Source: an uncultured Acidobacteriota bacterium
GTDB taxonomy: Bacteria; Acidobacteriota; Thermoanaerobaculia; Multivoradales; UBA5704
Reading direction: 5' to 3'
DNA length: 64,000 bases
NCBI GenBank assembly: GCA_963700145.1
Contig: OY969474.1
Span: 3,872,001-3,936,000, forward strand
This document shows positions 18,886 through 28,219 of the stretch, in pieces. The notes under the pieces were generated by a model. That model saw only the letters and a program-made list of their open reading frames with translations, was not told where the DNA came from and did no database searches. The stretch's first letter is position 1, and each line of letters opens with the position of its first letter. Both the position numbers and the translations under genes were made by a program.

Positions 18886-19625
18886 ATGGACCGCACGACG
18901 AACGCCGCCCTCCGCCTCCACCGCATCCTCCTCGCCCTGCGCGACGCGAGCCGCGAGGGGCGCCCCATCCGCCAGGTCCTCGCCGAGGTCTTCGAGCTCC
19001 AGCCGGACGACGACCTCGCCCTCCGCCGCCGGCTCCTCGCGGTCGACGACCTCTTCGCCGAGTCCGAGGCCGCGATCCGCTGATCCCGGGCGTCGACCTC
19101 CAGCGCCACCTCCGCCACTTCCCCGCGGCCAGGAAAGCCCTCCTCGGCGCCCGCCTCGACCAGGACTCTCGCCGCTACCCCCCGTTCCAGGAGGCTCTCG
19201 GCGAGGCCGTCTGTAGTCCGTCGAGTTCTGCGGCGCGCGAATCGCCGAGGAGTTCCCCGAGACCGCCCTGGCGACCGACGATCCTGGCCGAGGTCGAGGC
19301 CCGGCTCAACGCCCTCTTCGCCTTCACCGCCAGCGCCGAGCTCGACCCCGCGCTCCGCCAGGTCAGCCTCGACATCCTGCAGACCCTCCGCGCCGCCCTG
19401 ACCGACTACCGCATCCACGGCGCCGCCGGCTTGAAAGAGGCCGTCGAGCAGGCGGTGGGCAAGCTCACCGTCCACTACCTCCGCGCGGAACAGGGCGCCC
19501 GCCTCGACCTCGACCAGCTCGAGCGGCTCCTCGACCTGATCTTCAAGTTCGAGGCGCTGTTGGCCAAGGCGTCCGTCTACCTCCCGGCCCTGACCGAGTA
19601 CCTGCCGAAGCTCCTGGGGGCCTGA
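18886..19625 (+). pseudogene. Hypothetical protein, frameshifted
   Basis: RBS GAGGAGG, ATG 18886; frame stops at 19083 but coding-like sequence (LIPGVDLQRH...LPKLLGA) continues in a shifted frame. Confidence 0.6.
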
Positions 19626-19629
19626 CGCG

Positions 19630-20175
19630 ATGGCCGAGTTGCGCTGGCTCCTGACCAGCCGCACCCTGATCGGCGTCCTCCACACGACCGAAGGCGACAC
19701 CGTGGAGGCGGCTGGCGCACGCTCCGCCAGCAGAACGCCGCCCCCCACTTCATCGCCGGCGAGCACCAGATCGTCCAGTGCCGGCCGCTCAACGTGCAGG
19801 CCTCCACGCTGCGGCCGGGCAGGAACAACACCGCCAACGTCCACGCCCAGATCCAGATCGAGATGGTCGCGCGGAGCCGGCAGGGGTTGTGGCTGCCGAA
19901 GGCCGCGACGCTGGAGCCGACCGTCGCCATCCTGGCCTTCTGCGAGAGACCCTCGGGATTCCCTTGAGAGTGCCGAACGACTGGCCGGACGACTGCTCGG
20001 ACATGCCGCTGCCCTGGCCGCGAACAACCGGCGGCGCAGGCAGGCGCAGCGGGGCTTGTGGCCCAAGGAGAAGGGCTGGTGGATGCACCTGGAGGTGCCC
20101 TACCCGGGGCCGACGTGGCACTGGGACTGCGGGGCGGTGCGGAGGACGAGGCTTCTTGCGCTGGCCAGACAGTAA
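19630..20175 (+). pseudogene. N-acetylmuramoyl-L-alanine amidase-like (phage endolysin type), frameshifted
   Basis: GVLHTTEG, then APHFIAG..IVQCRPL..QIEMV in another frame, then HLEVP..HWDCGA. Confidence 0.65.
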
Positions 20176-20187
20176 ACTTCACAGGCC

Positions 20188-20559
20188 ATGAGCGAACCCA
20201 CGACCACCGCATCCTTCTTGCCATGCCCGTTCTGCGGGACTGATGCAGCGGTCCCCATGGGCAGGGGTGACGCAGGCCAATCCCGATTCTGTCCGTCCTG
20301 CGGCGCAGTTGGCCCGCTCGCGGGCAGTAAGGAAGGAGCGGTTGAGGCCTGGAACCGCCGCGCCTACGGCTGGCACAGCGTGGAGGACCGTCTTCCAGAG
20401 GGCGACGGCGCCGAAGTCGAATACCTTATCTTATTTGGCAGTCGACCTGAGCGCTACTCGCCAGCACTGGAGAGGATGGAGCTTGGTATGACAGCAAGGG
20501 CTTGTTCTGCGGAACGTGACTCATTGCTGGCACTTCCCGCGCTTCCGGCGAGACCTTGA
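20188..20559 (+). CDS. Lar (restriction alleviation)-like zinc-ribbon protein with DUF551-like tail
   Basis: LPCPFCG...CPSCGAVGP...AVEAWNRRA, then WHSVEDRLPE; tail looks frameshifted. Confidence 0.7.
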   Translation: MSEPTTTASFLPCPFCGTDAAVPMGRGDAGQSRFCPSCGAVGPLAGSKEGAVEAWNRRAYGWHSVEDRLPEGDGAEVEYLILFGSRPERYSPALERMELGMTARACSAERDSLLALPALPARP

Positions 20560-20864
20560 CGCCAGACGCCGGGCCAACGCTGCTCTTCCCAGTCGGCCCA
20601 GTTGTGGTAATGACAGGCTTTCCAAAGACCGGTACCTATGCCGGGTGCCCACTTGTCGGAGTATCCACAAAACCGAGTTGTTCGGTCATGGCCAAAGCCG
20701 TCCAAATACTGTATGCGCCCTGGACGAAAAGCAGGGCAACGACATAGTTGGCTCAGCCCACTAGGCTCCCCCTCCCCCTCCCCCCTCCCCGCCCTCCCTC
20801 CCCCCCTTTCTGTCAGTTTTCAGCTACTTGACTCATCAGGTCGCTGGCACCTAGACTTCGGTGC

Positions 20865-22013
20865 ATGCCCCCGCAGTATCCGACTGGCGACGGCACCGCG
20901 GCGCCATCACCAGAGCGTCCCCGTCTGCGGAGATGGCTCAACCCTAACGTTGGCGGGATGGCTCGCCTTGCTCACTGTCCGGGCGTGCGCAGGGCCGTCT
21001 TCTGGCTGTTCCAGCGCGCCCAGGATGCTGAATTCGCTGGCCGGGTCATAGCCGAACAGGTCAGCGAAATGAGTCCAGAGACTCTTGATGCACTTGCTAA
21101 GTGGGCGCCAGTCGTTATCGCCGGTTTTGGTCTTACATGGCTCTGGTTCACAGTTGAGCGCAGCCAGCCCCGAACAAGCATACTGATTGGCGCGGCGGCT
21201 GCGAGAGCGCCAGCGGCCTTGCCGCAGTTACCTGCAGAGCTGCCAAAACTTCGGTTCGCGGTGGATGAGCAGGGCATCAAATGGCTCAGATCATCGCCAC
21301 AGGAACTGAAGCGGTATTTCAACTCGCTGCCACTAGGGATGCGTCAGGGAGCGGCCGATGATCTCGTCGGACTACAGGTGCACTGGAAAGGCAAACTGGC
21401 GGGGGTGCGCGAGGAAGATGGCGAGGCGTCTCTTCAATTGATAGCAGATGAACCTAGCAGTTTCCGTGAAGCGTTCTTTGCGACCGTTCCGCTGTTCGCG
21501 GGCTTGAAGAACTATGCCGAGGGGACGGAGATCGCGGTCGAGGGAACGATTCACGACTTTATGCCGTCGCTAACGACATTTCTAGAGCCAGCGGAGGTTT
21601 CAGGGGGCCGCAGGGGGCCGGCCACGCTTCTACCGACAGAGAAACCGTCGGCAATACAAAGCGGACCACTCACTCCGCGAGAAATAAGTCGACAGGTAGA
21701 ACGAGTGCCGCTGGCGCTCAAAGCAACGGCGGCCAAAGGATTTATTGGAGGGGAGGTAAGCTGGCCGATCATCGTTAAACACATCCGCGATAAGAGACCT
21801 GGCTTCGTCGAAGTCTATGGCGAGGCAGAGGAAGGCGATGGTGTAGGCGTCTTTGCTGAGGTTGAGGCGACTGCCCTTATCGCGCTGCTTGATAGTGGCG
21901 CTCGGCTAACGATTAGGGGTCAACTCGCTGAGCTGTCCGTCCCGATTAGGCTGTCTTGGGTTGTGCTTAGGCCTGCGGTTGTCGAATCCGTAGAAAGCTA
22001 CCGCGGCAAATGA
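20865..22013 (+). CDS. Membrane-anchored hypothetical protein with two repeated OB-fold-like domains
   Basis: Long ORF in AT-richer DNA; TM segment; SPQELKRYF..VGLQVHWKGKL and TPREISRQV..IGGEVSWPIIV repeats; start uncertain. Confidence 0.55.
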   Translation: MPPQYPTGDGTAAPSPERPRLRRWLNPNVGGMARLAHCPGVRRAVFWLFQRAQDAEFAGRVIAEQVSEMSPETLDALAKWAPVVIAGFGLTWLWFTVERSQPRTSILIGAAAARAPAALPQLPAELPKLRFAVDEQGIKWLRSSPQELKRYFNSLPLGMRQGAADDLVGLQVHWKGKLAGVREEDGEASLQLIADEPSSFREAFFATVPLFAGLKNYAEGTEIAVEGTIHDFMPSLTTFLEPAEVSGGRRGPATLLPTEKPSAIQSGPLTPREISRQVERVPLALKATAAKGFIGGEVSWPIIVKHIRDKRPGFVEVYGEAEEGDGVGVFAEVEATALIALLDSGARLTIRGQLAELSVPIRLSWVVLRPAVVESVESYRGK

Positions 22014-22109
22014 CTAAGCCAGTCCTCCACCTCAGAGATAAGCTCGCAGCGCGCGCCGGATGCTCGCGCTCTTGAACGTGCGTTCCTTCTCGGCTTCCGC
22101 GCCAGCGCC

Positions 22110-22300
22110 TCGGCTGCTGTACCGCTCGAATGGTAAGCCGCCCAGCTCGGTCCTCGATCTCGTAACGCTGCCCGCGGTCGAAGCCGACGCGCTGGAGCCA
22201 GCGGCCTGAGATGCGGGTCCCGGGACCAGGTTGCGGTAGCCGCGGCTGCGGCAGCAGATGCGCTCGCGCCGCTCGTCGGGCTCGGGAGCTGGTCAGTTTG
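22110..22300 (-). pseudogene. SymE-family toxin remnant (copy 1)
   Basis: RISGRWLQRVGFDRGQRYEIE..GRLTIRAV; internal deletion relative to copy 2; bounds approximate. Confidence 0.65.
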
Positions 22301-22338
22301 GGGGCGGAAGGCGCGGATCGTGGTGCTAGCATCGCGTC

Positions 22339-22566
22339 ATGCGACTCGTGGAAGCCAGGTATGAGGAGGGTCTACTTAAGCCGACGGAGCCCCTTGCGCT
22401 TCGGCCCGGCGAGCGGGTCGGGCTGATCGTCGTCCGGCGCCCGGACCCGAGCCGGTGGGACCTTCAGCGCCTCGCGACGACCGGGGAGGGAGAGGACCTC
22501 GCGCTGGCGAAGCAGGGCCTTGGAGACTGGGCGGGCGCGCTGGAAGGAGAGGATCGCCTTCGATGA
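22339..22566 (+). CDS. Antitoxin-like protein (DUF104/AF2212 family)
   Basis: VEARYEEGLLKPTEPLALRPGERV. Confidence 0.75.
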   Translation: MRLVEARYEEGLLKPTEPLALRPGERVGLIVVRRPDPSRWDLQRLATTGEGEDLALAKQGLGDWAGALEGEDRLR

Positions 22567-22588
22567 CGGAGCGAGCAAGGAGCGAAAC

Positions 22589-22810
22589 TTGCGCTATACC
22601 GTGATCCTGGAGGAAGGGCGAGAGGGTGGGTTCGTCGCCATCTGCCCTGCCCTGCCGGGCTGTGTAAGCCAAGGCAACAGCAGGCAAGAGGCGCTCGGGA
22701 ACATCCGCGAGGCGGTCGAGGTCTACATCGAAGCGCTGCTCGAAGACGGCCTTCCGGTCCCCGTCGAGGAGGGACGCGAGACGGTCGAGATCGAGGTCTC
22801 GGCGCGTTGA
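22589..22810 (+). CDS. hicB: HicB-family antitoxin
   Basis: RBS AAGGAG, TTG start; YTVILE..GGFVAICPALPGCVSQG.SRQEALGNIREA. Confidence 0.88.
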   Translation: MRYTVILEEGREGGFVAICPALPGCVSQGNSRQEALGNIREAVEVYIEALLEDGLPVPVEEGRETVEIEVSAR

Positions 22811-23031
22811 GCAAGCTTCCCGGGGTCTCTCGGGGCAGCAGGTTCGTCGTGCGCTCGAGCGGGGCCGGCTTTTACTTGAAGCGACAGAAGGGCAGCCACA
22901 TGGTGCTCCGCCGTGACGAGCCTTTCGCCCAGGTCGTCGTTCCCGCACATTCGAGCCTCGATACCGGCATGCTGGCGGCCATCCTCGACGCTGCTGGCTT
23001 GACTGCCGAACAGCTCAGAGAGCTTCTCTGA
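22807..23031 (+). CDS. hicA: HicA-family toxin (N-terminal helix garbled by compensating indels)
   Basis: RQKGSHMVL..VVVPAH..LDTGMLAAILDAAGL; GQQVRRALER lies in a shifted frame. Confidence 0.82.
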   Translation: MSKLPGVSRGSRFVVRSSGAGFYLKRQKGSHMVLRRDEPFAQVVVPAHSSLDTGMLAAILDAAGLTAEQLRELL

Positions 23032-23124
23032 TCAGCCCCGAGCTTCTTCCCGCGCCCCCAAGCCTCGCCTTAGTGCCCCTCCAGCGTGACGAGCGACTTA
23101 TGGGCTGTCCCACGTCCCACAGGA

Positions 23125-23925
23125 TCACGGCTCATAACCCATTGAAACCTGTGATAGTCCAGCAGCAGGGTTAGGCTCTTCCCACGACTCGCCACCGTTC
23201 TTAGTTCGGAAAACCCGGTTATTGGCGCCCACACCCCATGCATTAAGGTCGTCCACACCTGACACTTGATACAAACCTGCATTAGGATTGGGCTCATCCC
23301 AGTGGTCACCATTCGCCGTTTTGAAGACGCGGAGATTGCTCGGGTTCCCGATCCCCCAGGCGCCTTCAACCGTCCATGCATCGATCTGATATAACCTCGC
23401 ATCAGGGTTCGGCTCATCCCATTCATTGGTATTGATATTGAATTTCAGGACATGGTCATCAGACGTAAGACCCCAGATATTGTCGTACTTGCCTACCGAA
23501 ATCTGTTTCAGATGTATCGAGGGAGTGAATGGCAGCCAGCTGGAGCCTCCACTGACCCACTGAAAAATACGACCTTCGGATCCAATACCCCACAGGTCAT
23601 TCCCGTTCAAGTTCGATATCTGATCTAGCCTGGCCCCAGCATTTGGTTCGTCCCATGAGTTGCCGTTCCACCGATAGACCCGCCCATCCGGCCCCAATCC
23701 CCACACGGGCCCCCCTTGTTTACTCACAGAAACCTGCTTCAGTCTTGCATCGGGGTTTGGCTCAGACCAGCTGCTCCCATTCCACCTGTACACACGACCG
23801 TCTGGTCCGACTCCCCAGACAGCTAAGGTCGGTGGAGCCGCACCAGGTCCCATCGTCTGGCAGCCTGCCAGTACCAGAAGAATAAGGCTCAAGCTCCTTA
23901 GGATGCTTATCAAATGTCTCATCAT
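23125..23925 (-). CDS. Tectonin-like beta-propeller lectin, lipoprotein
   Basis: Six WG...W.EPNPxARLxQ(I/V)S repeats; lipobox LAGC; RBS AAGGAG; much lower GC than flanks. Confidence 0.75.
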   Translation of the reverse strand: MMRHLISILRSLSLILLVLAGCQTMGPGAAPPTLAVWGVGPDGRVYRWNGSSWSEPNPDARLKQVSVSKQGGPVWGLGPDGRVYRWNGNSWDEPNAGARLDQISNLNGNDLWGIGSEGRIFQWVSGGSSWLPFTPSIHLKQISVGKYDNIWGLTSDDHVLKFNINTNEWDEPNPDARLYQIDAWTVEGAWGIGNPSNLRVFKTANGDHWDEPNPNAGLYQVSGVDDLNAWGVGANNRVFRTKNGGESWEEPNPAAGLSQVSMGYEP

Positions 23926-24083
23926 TCTCCTTTGGCCATCTTGGGCCGCAGTCCGATCCCCCTAGAGACTCCCCGGTAAGTTGTGTAAGTTAGCAAGGAG
24001 AGGCGATAGAGCGCAAATGCGACGTCTGAGCGCCATGATCGCGGTTTGCGCTGAGCCGGGTTAAGACTTAGCCCGGCGTTCGC

Positions 24084-24434
24084 TTAGACGGCGGTGGGTT
24101 CCGAGCGCCCGGGGGACGGCGCCTCGGCCCGGCGATTGGGCGGGCGGTCGGACGGATCGTTGAGGTCGCCTAAACAGCTAGAAGGTAGGAGAAGCGCCGG
24201 GCCGCCCGGCCGGACCTCGATCTCGTAGTGCTGCCCGCGGTCGAAGCCGGCGCGCTGGAGCCAGCGGCCTGAGATGCGGAGGTCCGGGACCAGATTGCGG
24301 TAGCCCCGCATGCGGCAGCAGATGGTGCCGAGCGGCGGCCTTTCGCGGGCGACCGCGGCGCGGGCGAGCTTGCGCTCGCGCCACTCGTCGGGCTCGGGAA
24401 GCTCGTCGGCTCGAAGCGACCGAGCCGGCTTCAC
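24084..24434 (-). CDS. SymE-family toxin-like protein (copy 2, aberrant C-terminus)
   Basis: VPDLRISGRWLQRAGFDRGQHYEIEV. Confidence 0.65.
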   Translation of the reverse strand: MKPARSLRADELPEPDEWRERKLARAAVARERPPLGTICCRMRGYRNLVPDLRISGRWLQRAGFDRGQHYEIEVRPGGPALLLPSSCLGDLNDPSDRPPNRRAEAPSPGRSEPTAV

Positions 24435-24558
24435 GCCACGCTACGAGTCTGACTCCTTATGTCTGAGTTGCGAGTCAAGAGCGCACCGTGCCTCGGCCAG
24501 GGTGAGGGAAAGCCCTGTGATTCTTCGTTCCCATCCTCGAACCCAAGAGGAGGCTCCA

Positions 24559-24735
24559 ATGGCACGCACGCAATGCTGGAATTGTAGTGGCACCGGCAAA
24601 GTCGACTGCTATTACTGCAAAGGAAAAGGCGGAGACCACGACTCCGAGGGTACGTGGCAGCAGTGCGCTTATTGTTATGGCAGCGGAAAGGGTACGTGCC
24701 ACAAGTGCGCGGGGAATGGCTTCGTCGAAGAATGA
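24559..24735 (+). CDS. Stand-alone DnaJ-type zinc-finger miniprotein (58 aa)
   Basis: RBS GAGGAGG; four CxxCxGxG repeats. Confidence 0.8.
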   Translation: MARTQCWNCSGTGKVDCYYCKGKGGDHDSEGTWQQCAYCYGSGKGTCHKCAGNGFVEE

Positions 24736-24780
24736 TCGGCACGCCGCCGCTGGTACGTTTCTCGCAGCCCGGCGCCCGCC

Positions 24781-25752
24781 ATGTCGCTCCTGGTGGCCAC
24801 CCGCCGCACGGTGCTCGTGGTGGATCCCGAGCGGGGCACGGCGAAGGCCGGCGCGCAGCTCGCGGCGCGAGCCGCCTGCCTGGCGGCCGATCCGTACGCT
24901 CCGGGCCGCGCCTGGTGCGGCACCGGTGCCGGCGTGCTGCGCAGCGACGACGGCGGTGTGTCCTGGCAGCCCTCGGGGCTCGACGGCGAGGACGTCACCG
25001 CCATCGCCGCGAGCCCGGCCCGGCGCGGCCTCGTCTTCGCGGGGACCGAGCCGAGCGTGCTCTGGCGCTCGGACGACGGCGGGGCGAGCTGGTCGCGCGA
25101 GGATGCGCTGCTCGCCCTGCCGTCCGCCGGCGAATGGTCGTTCCCGCCCCGTCCCGAGACCCACCACGTGCGCTGGATCGGCTGCCACCCTGCCGACGCC
25201 GGCCGCCTGTGGGTGGCGATCGAGGCCGGGGCGCTGGTGACGAGCGCGGACGGTGGACGCAGCTGGCGGGACCGCGTGCCCGGCGGGCCCTACGACACGC
25301 ACCAGCTGGCGATCCACCCCGAGCGGCCGGAGTGGCTGCGCTCGGCCGCCGGCGACGGCTACTTCGAGAGCCGCGACGGCGGCGCGACGTGGGCCTCGCC
25401 GGAGGAGGGTCTCGACGTCGGCTACCTGGTGAGCGTCGCCGTCGACCCCGGCGATCCGGAGGTGGTGGTGGTGTCGGCGGCCTCGGGCCCGTACTCGGCG
25501 TACATGGCCGGCCGCGCCGACGGGCGCCTCTACCGGCGTGCGGGCGGCGGGCGCTGGCAGCGCGTCGTCGCCGGCTGGCCCGACCCGCCGGCGACGATCG
25601 CCCCGCGGCTCGCCGCCGGGGCCGCCGCCGGCGAGCTGTGGGCCGCGGACGAGCGCGGCGTCCACCGCTCCGGCGACGGCGGCCGCTCGTGGGAGCGGGT
25701 GGCAGCCTTCGCGCCGCCCGCGCCGTCGCTCGCCGCGCTCGCGTTTCTCTAG
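24781..25752 (+). CDS. BNR/WD40-like beta-propeller protein
   Basis: Multiple Asp-boxes SDDGGxSW; GTEPS, WSFPPRPETHHVR. Confidence 0.85.
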   Translation: MSLLVATRRTVLVVDPERGTAKAGAQLAARAACLAADPYAPGRAWCGTGAGVLRSDDGGVSWQPSGLDGEDVTAIAASPARRGLVFAGTEPSVLWRSDDGGASWSREDALLALPSAGEWSFPPRPETHHVRWIGCHPADAGRLWVAIEAGALVTSADGGRSWRDRVPGGPYDTHQLAIHPERPEWLRSAAGDGYFESRDGGATWASPEEGLDVGYLVSVAVDPGDPEVVVVSAASGPYSAYMAGRADGRLYRRAGGGRWQRVVAGWPDPPATIAPRLAAGAAAGELWAADERGVHRSGDGGRSWERVAAFAPPAPSLAALAFL

Positions 25753-25843
25753 ACCCCCCTGCAATCCAAATCCTCCCCCTTCCACGTAGGGCAGTTTGTA
25801 TCGAGGCGCTTCACTCAAAACGTCCAAGGGAGGAGAAACTCAA

Positions 25844-27334
25844 ATGCGTCGAGTCAACATCTGCCTCGCCCTGCTCTGCGCGCTGGCCGCCGCGGCCCTG
25901 CCGGCCGCCGCTTCCAGCCACCGCGAGGCCCCGGGGATCACCGAGATGCCGAAGGTGGACGGCACCGACTTCTACATGTTCAGGAGCTACGAGGCCGGGC
26001 GGAGCGGCTTCGTCACCCTGGTCGCCAACTACGTGCCCTTGCAGGACGCCTACGGCGGGCCCAACTACTTCGCGCTCGACCCGGATGCCCGCTACCGCGT
26101 CCACGTCGACAACACCGGCGACGGCGTCGAGGACGTCAGCTTCCAGTTCCGCTGCGTGCAGGCGCTGGCCGACATCCAGATCCCGGTCGGCGGCGTCGAC
26201 GTCTCGGTGCCGCTGATCAACATCGGCGGCATCTCCGGCGGCCCGGGCAACCGCGACGCCACCCTCAACGTCGCCGAGAGCTGCACCCTCGGCGTGGCGC
26301 GCGGCCGGATCACCAACGGCACGCACTGGGACCTCGTCACCGACTCCGAGACCCACAGCGGCCGCTTCGGCAAGCCGACCGACAACATCGGCCAGAAGTC
26401 GATCGCCGATTACGCGGGGTACGCCCAGCAGTTCATCCGCTCGATCGACATCCCGGGCTGCGGCACCGCCGGCAAGGTCTTCGTCGGCCAGCGCAAGGAG
26501 TCGTTCGCCGTCAACCTGGGCGAGGTCTTCGACCTGGTCAACATCGCGGACCCGCTGGGGCCGCGCGACGCCGAGCCCAGCGCCACCGAGTACAAGAACG
26601 TCACCTCGTTCGTCCTCGAGGTGCCGGCGTCCTGCCTCACCAGCGCCGGCAACCCGGTCATCGGCGGCTGGACGACGGCGCACCTGCCGCGTCAGCGGTC
26701 GCTCAAGAACAACCCGAGCTTCAACCGCCCGGCCGACGTCGGCGGCGACCTGGTGCAGGTCTCCCGCCTCGGCATGCCGCTGGTCAACGAGCTGGTGATC
26801 GGCCTCAAGGACAAGAACCTGTTCAACGCCGTCACCCCCGAGGGTGACGCGGCCGTCGCCACCTACGTCACCAACCCGACGCTGCCGGAGCTGCTGGAGA
26901 TCCTCTTCGGCACGCCGGCGCCGAACAACTTCCCGCGCCTCGACCTGGTGGCCGCCTTCGCCACCGGCATCACCGGCTTGAACCTCCTCTCCGACGGCCA
27001 GCCGCACGAGCTGCTGCGCTTGAACACCTCGATCGCCGCGGTGCCGGCGGCGAGCCAGAACAACCTCGGCGCCCTGGGCGGCGACAACGCCGGCTTCCCC
27101 AACGGCCGCCGGCCGGGGGACGACGTCGTCGACATCGAGCTGCGGGTGGCGATGGGGGTCCTCTGCCACGCCTTCCCCGGCGCCTTCGGCTGCGTCGCCG
27201 CTGACGCGCCGGCGGGGAACCTGCCGTTCACCGACGGCACGCTCCAGGACGCCAGCCAGTTCGACAGCGTCTTCCCCTACCTGCGGGCGCCGCTGCCGGG
27301 CTCGCCGAACGGCCCGAACGGGATCTTCCCGTAA
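25844..27334 (+). CDS. DUF4331 domain protein, secreted
   Basis: ASSHREAP, QVSRLGMPLVNE, GFPNGRRPGDDVVDI, FPYL. Confidence 0.9.
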   Translation: MRRVNICLALLCALAAAALPAAASSHREAPGITEMPKVDGTDFYMFRSYEAGRSGFVTLVANYVPLQDAYGGPNYFALDPDARYRVHVDNTGDGVEDVSFQFRCVQALADIQIPVGGVDVSVPLINIGGISGGPGNRDATLNVAESCTLGVARGRITNGTHWDLVTDSETHSGRFGKPTDNIGQKSIADYAGYAQQFIRSIDIPGCGTAGKVFVGQRKESFAVNLGEVFDLVNIADPLGPRDAEPSATEYKNVTSFVLEVPASCLTSAGNPVIGGWTTAHLPRQRSLKNNPSFNRPADVGGDLVQVSRLGMPLVNELVIGLKDKNLFNAVTPEGDAAVATYVTNPTLPELLEILFGTPAPNNFPRLDLVAAFATGITGLNLLSDGQPHELLRLNTSIAAVPAASQNNLGALGGDNAGFPNGRRPGDDVVDIELRVAMGVLCHAFPGAFGCVAADAPAGNLPFTDGTLQDASQFDSVFPYLRAPLPGSPNGPNGIFP

Positions 27335-27361
27335 GCCGTAGGATCGGCGAGCTTGCAGGCA

Positions 27362-28174
27362 ATGGGACGCCTCCGGCTCGCCGTCGTCGCCGCGGCGTGG
27401 CTGCTCGCTCCGGCGGGCGGCGCCGCGGCGCACGACTTCTGGATCGAGCCGTCGCTCTTCCGGCCGGCGCCGGGGGAGAAGATCGCCGTCCGCCTGCGTG
27501 TCGGCGACACCTTCCCCGGCGAGGCGGTGCCGCGCTGGCCGGAGCGCATCGAGCGCTTCGTACTGGTCGGACCGGCGGGGGAAGCCGAGGTCTTAGGCCT
27601 CCCCCGGATGGACCCGGCCGGCTTCGTGGTCGCGGCCGAGCCGGGCCTCCACCTGCTGGTCTACGACAGCAACCACGCGCGGCTGACGCTGGAAGGCGAC
27701 CGCTTCGAGCAGCACCTCGCCGAGCAGGGGCTCGAGCGGGTGAGCGCGCTGCGCAAGGAGCGCGGCGAGAGCGCCAAGACGGCGCGCGAGATCTACTCGC
27801 GCTGCGCCAAGGCGCTGCTCCAGGTGGGGAAGAAGGAGGCCGGGCAGGGAGGGCACGACCGCCGGTTGGGCCTGGAGCTGGAGCTCGTGCCGCTCGCCGA
27901 TCCCTACACGCTCGCCGGTGGCGGCCCGCTGCCGCTGCTGCTCCTCTACCAGGGAAAGCCGCTGGCCGGCGCGCGCGTCGAGGCGCGGACGCCGGCGGGC
28001 GCGGCCCCGGTCTCCGGCCGCACCGACGCCGACGGGCGCCTCGTCCTCTCCCTGCCCGGCCCCGGCTTCTGGCTGGTCAAGGCCGTCCACATGGTCGAGG
28101 CCCCGGCGGGCAAGGACGCCGACTGGGAGAGCTTCTGGGCCTCGCTGACCTTCGAGGTGCCCGCGGCGCAATAG
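27362..28174 (+). CDS. DUF4198 domain protein (metal-uptake associated)
   Basis: AHDFWIEP, LELVP..PY, GRTDADG, WESFWASLTF. Confidence 0.88.
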   Translation: MGRLRLAVVAAAWLLAPAGGAAAHDFWIEPSLFRPAPGEKIAVRLRVGDTFPGEAVPRWPERIERFVLVGPAGEAEVLGLPRMDPAGFVVAAEPGLHLLVYDSNHARLTLEGDRFEQHLAEQGLERVSALRKERGESAKTAREIYSRCAKALLQVGKKEAGQGGHDRRLGLELELVPLADPYTLAGGGPLPLLLLYQGKPLAGARVEARTPAGAAPVSGRTDADGRLVLSLPGPGFWLVKAVHMVEAPAGKDADWESFWASLTFEVPAAQ

Positions 28175-28180
28175 AGAAAG

Positions 28181-28207
28181 GCGGGGCCGGCACGGCGCCG
28201 GCCCCGC
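28181..28207. terminator. Hairpin between convergent genes
   Basis: 11-bp stem GCGGGGCCGGC/GCCGGCCCCGC. Confidence 0.5.
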
Positions 28208-28219
28208 GCGGTCGGGGCG

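Noticed and set aside
24448-24480. dif/Xer-like site upstream of symE copy 2
   Set aside because: Only a loose TTATGT match and a short inverted repeat; not enough support
14300-24800. Intact prophage, DGR or retron
   Set aside because: No integrase, terminase, capsid or reverse transcriptase motifs and no att pair were seen
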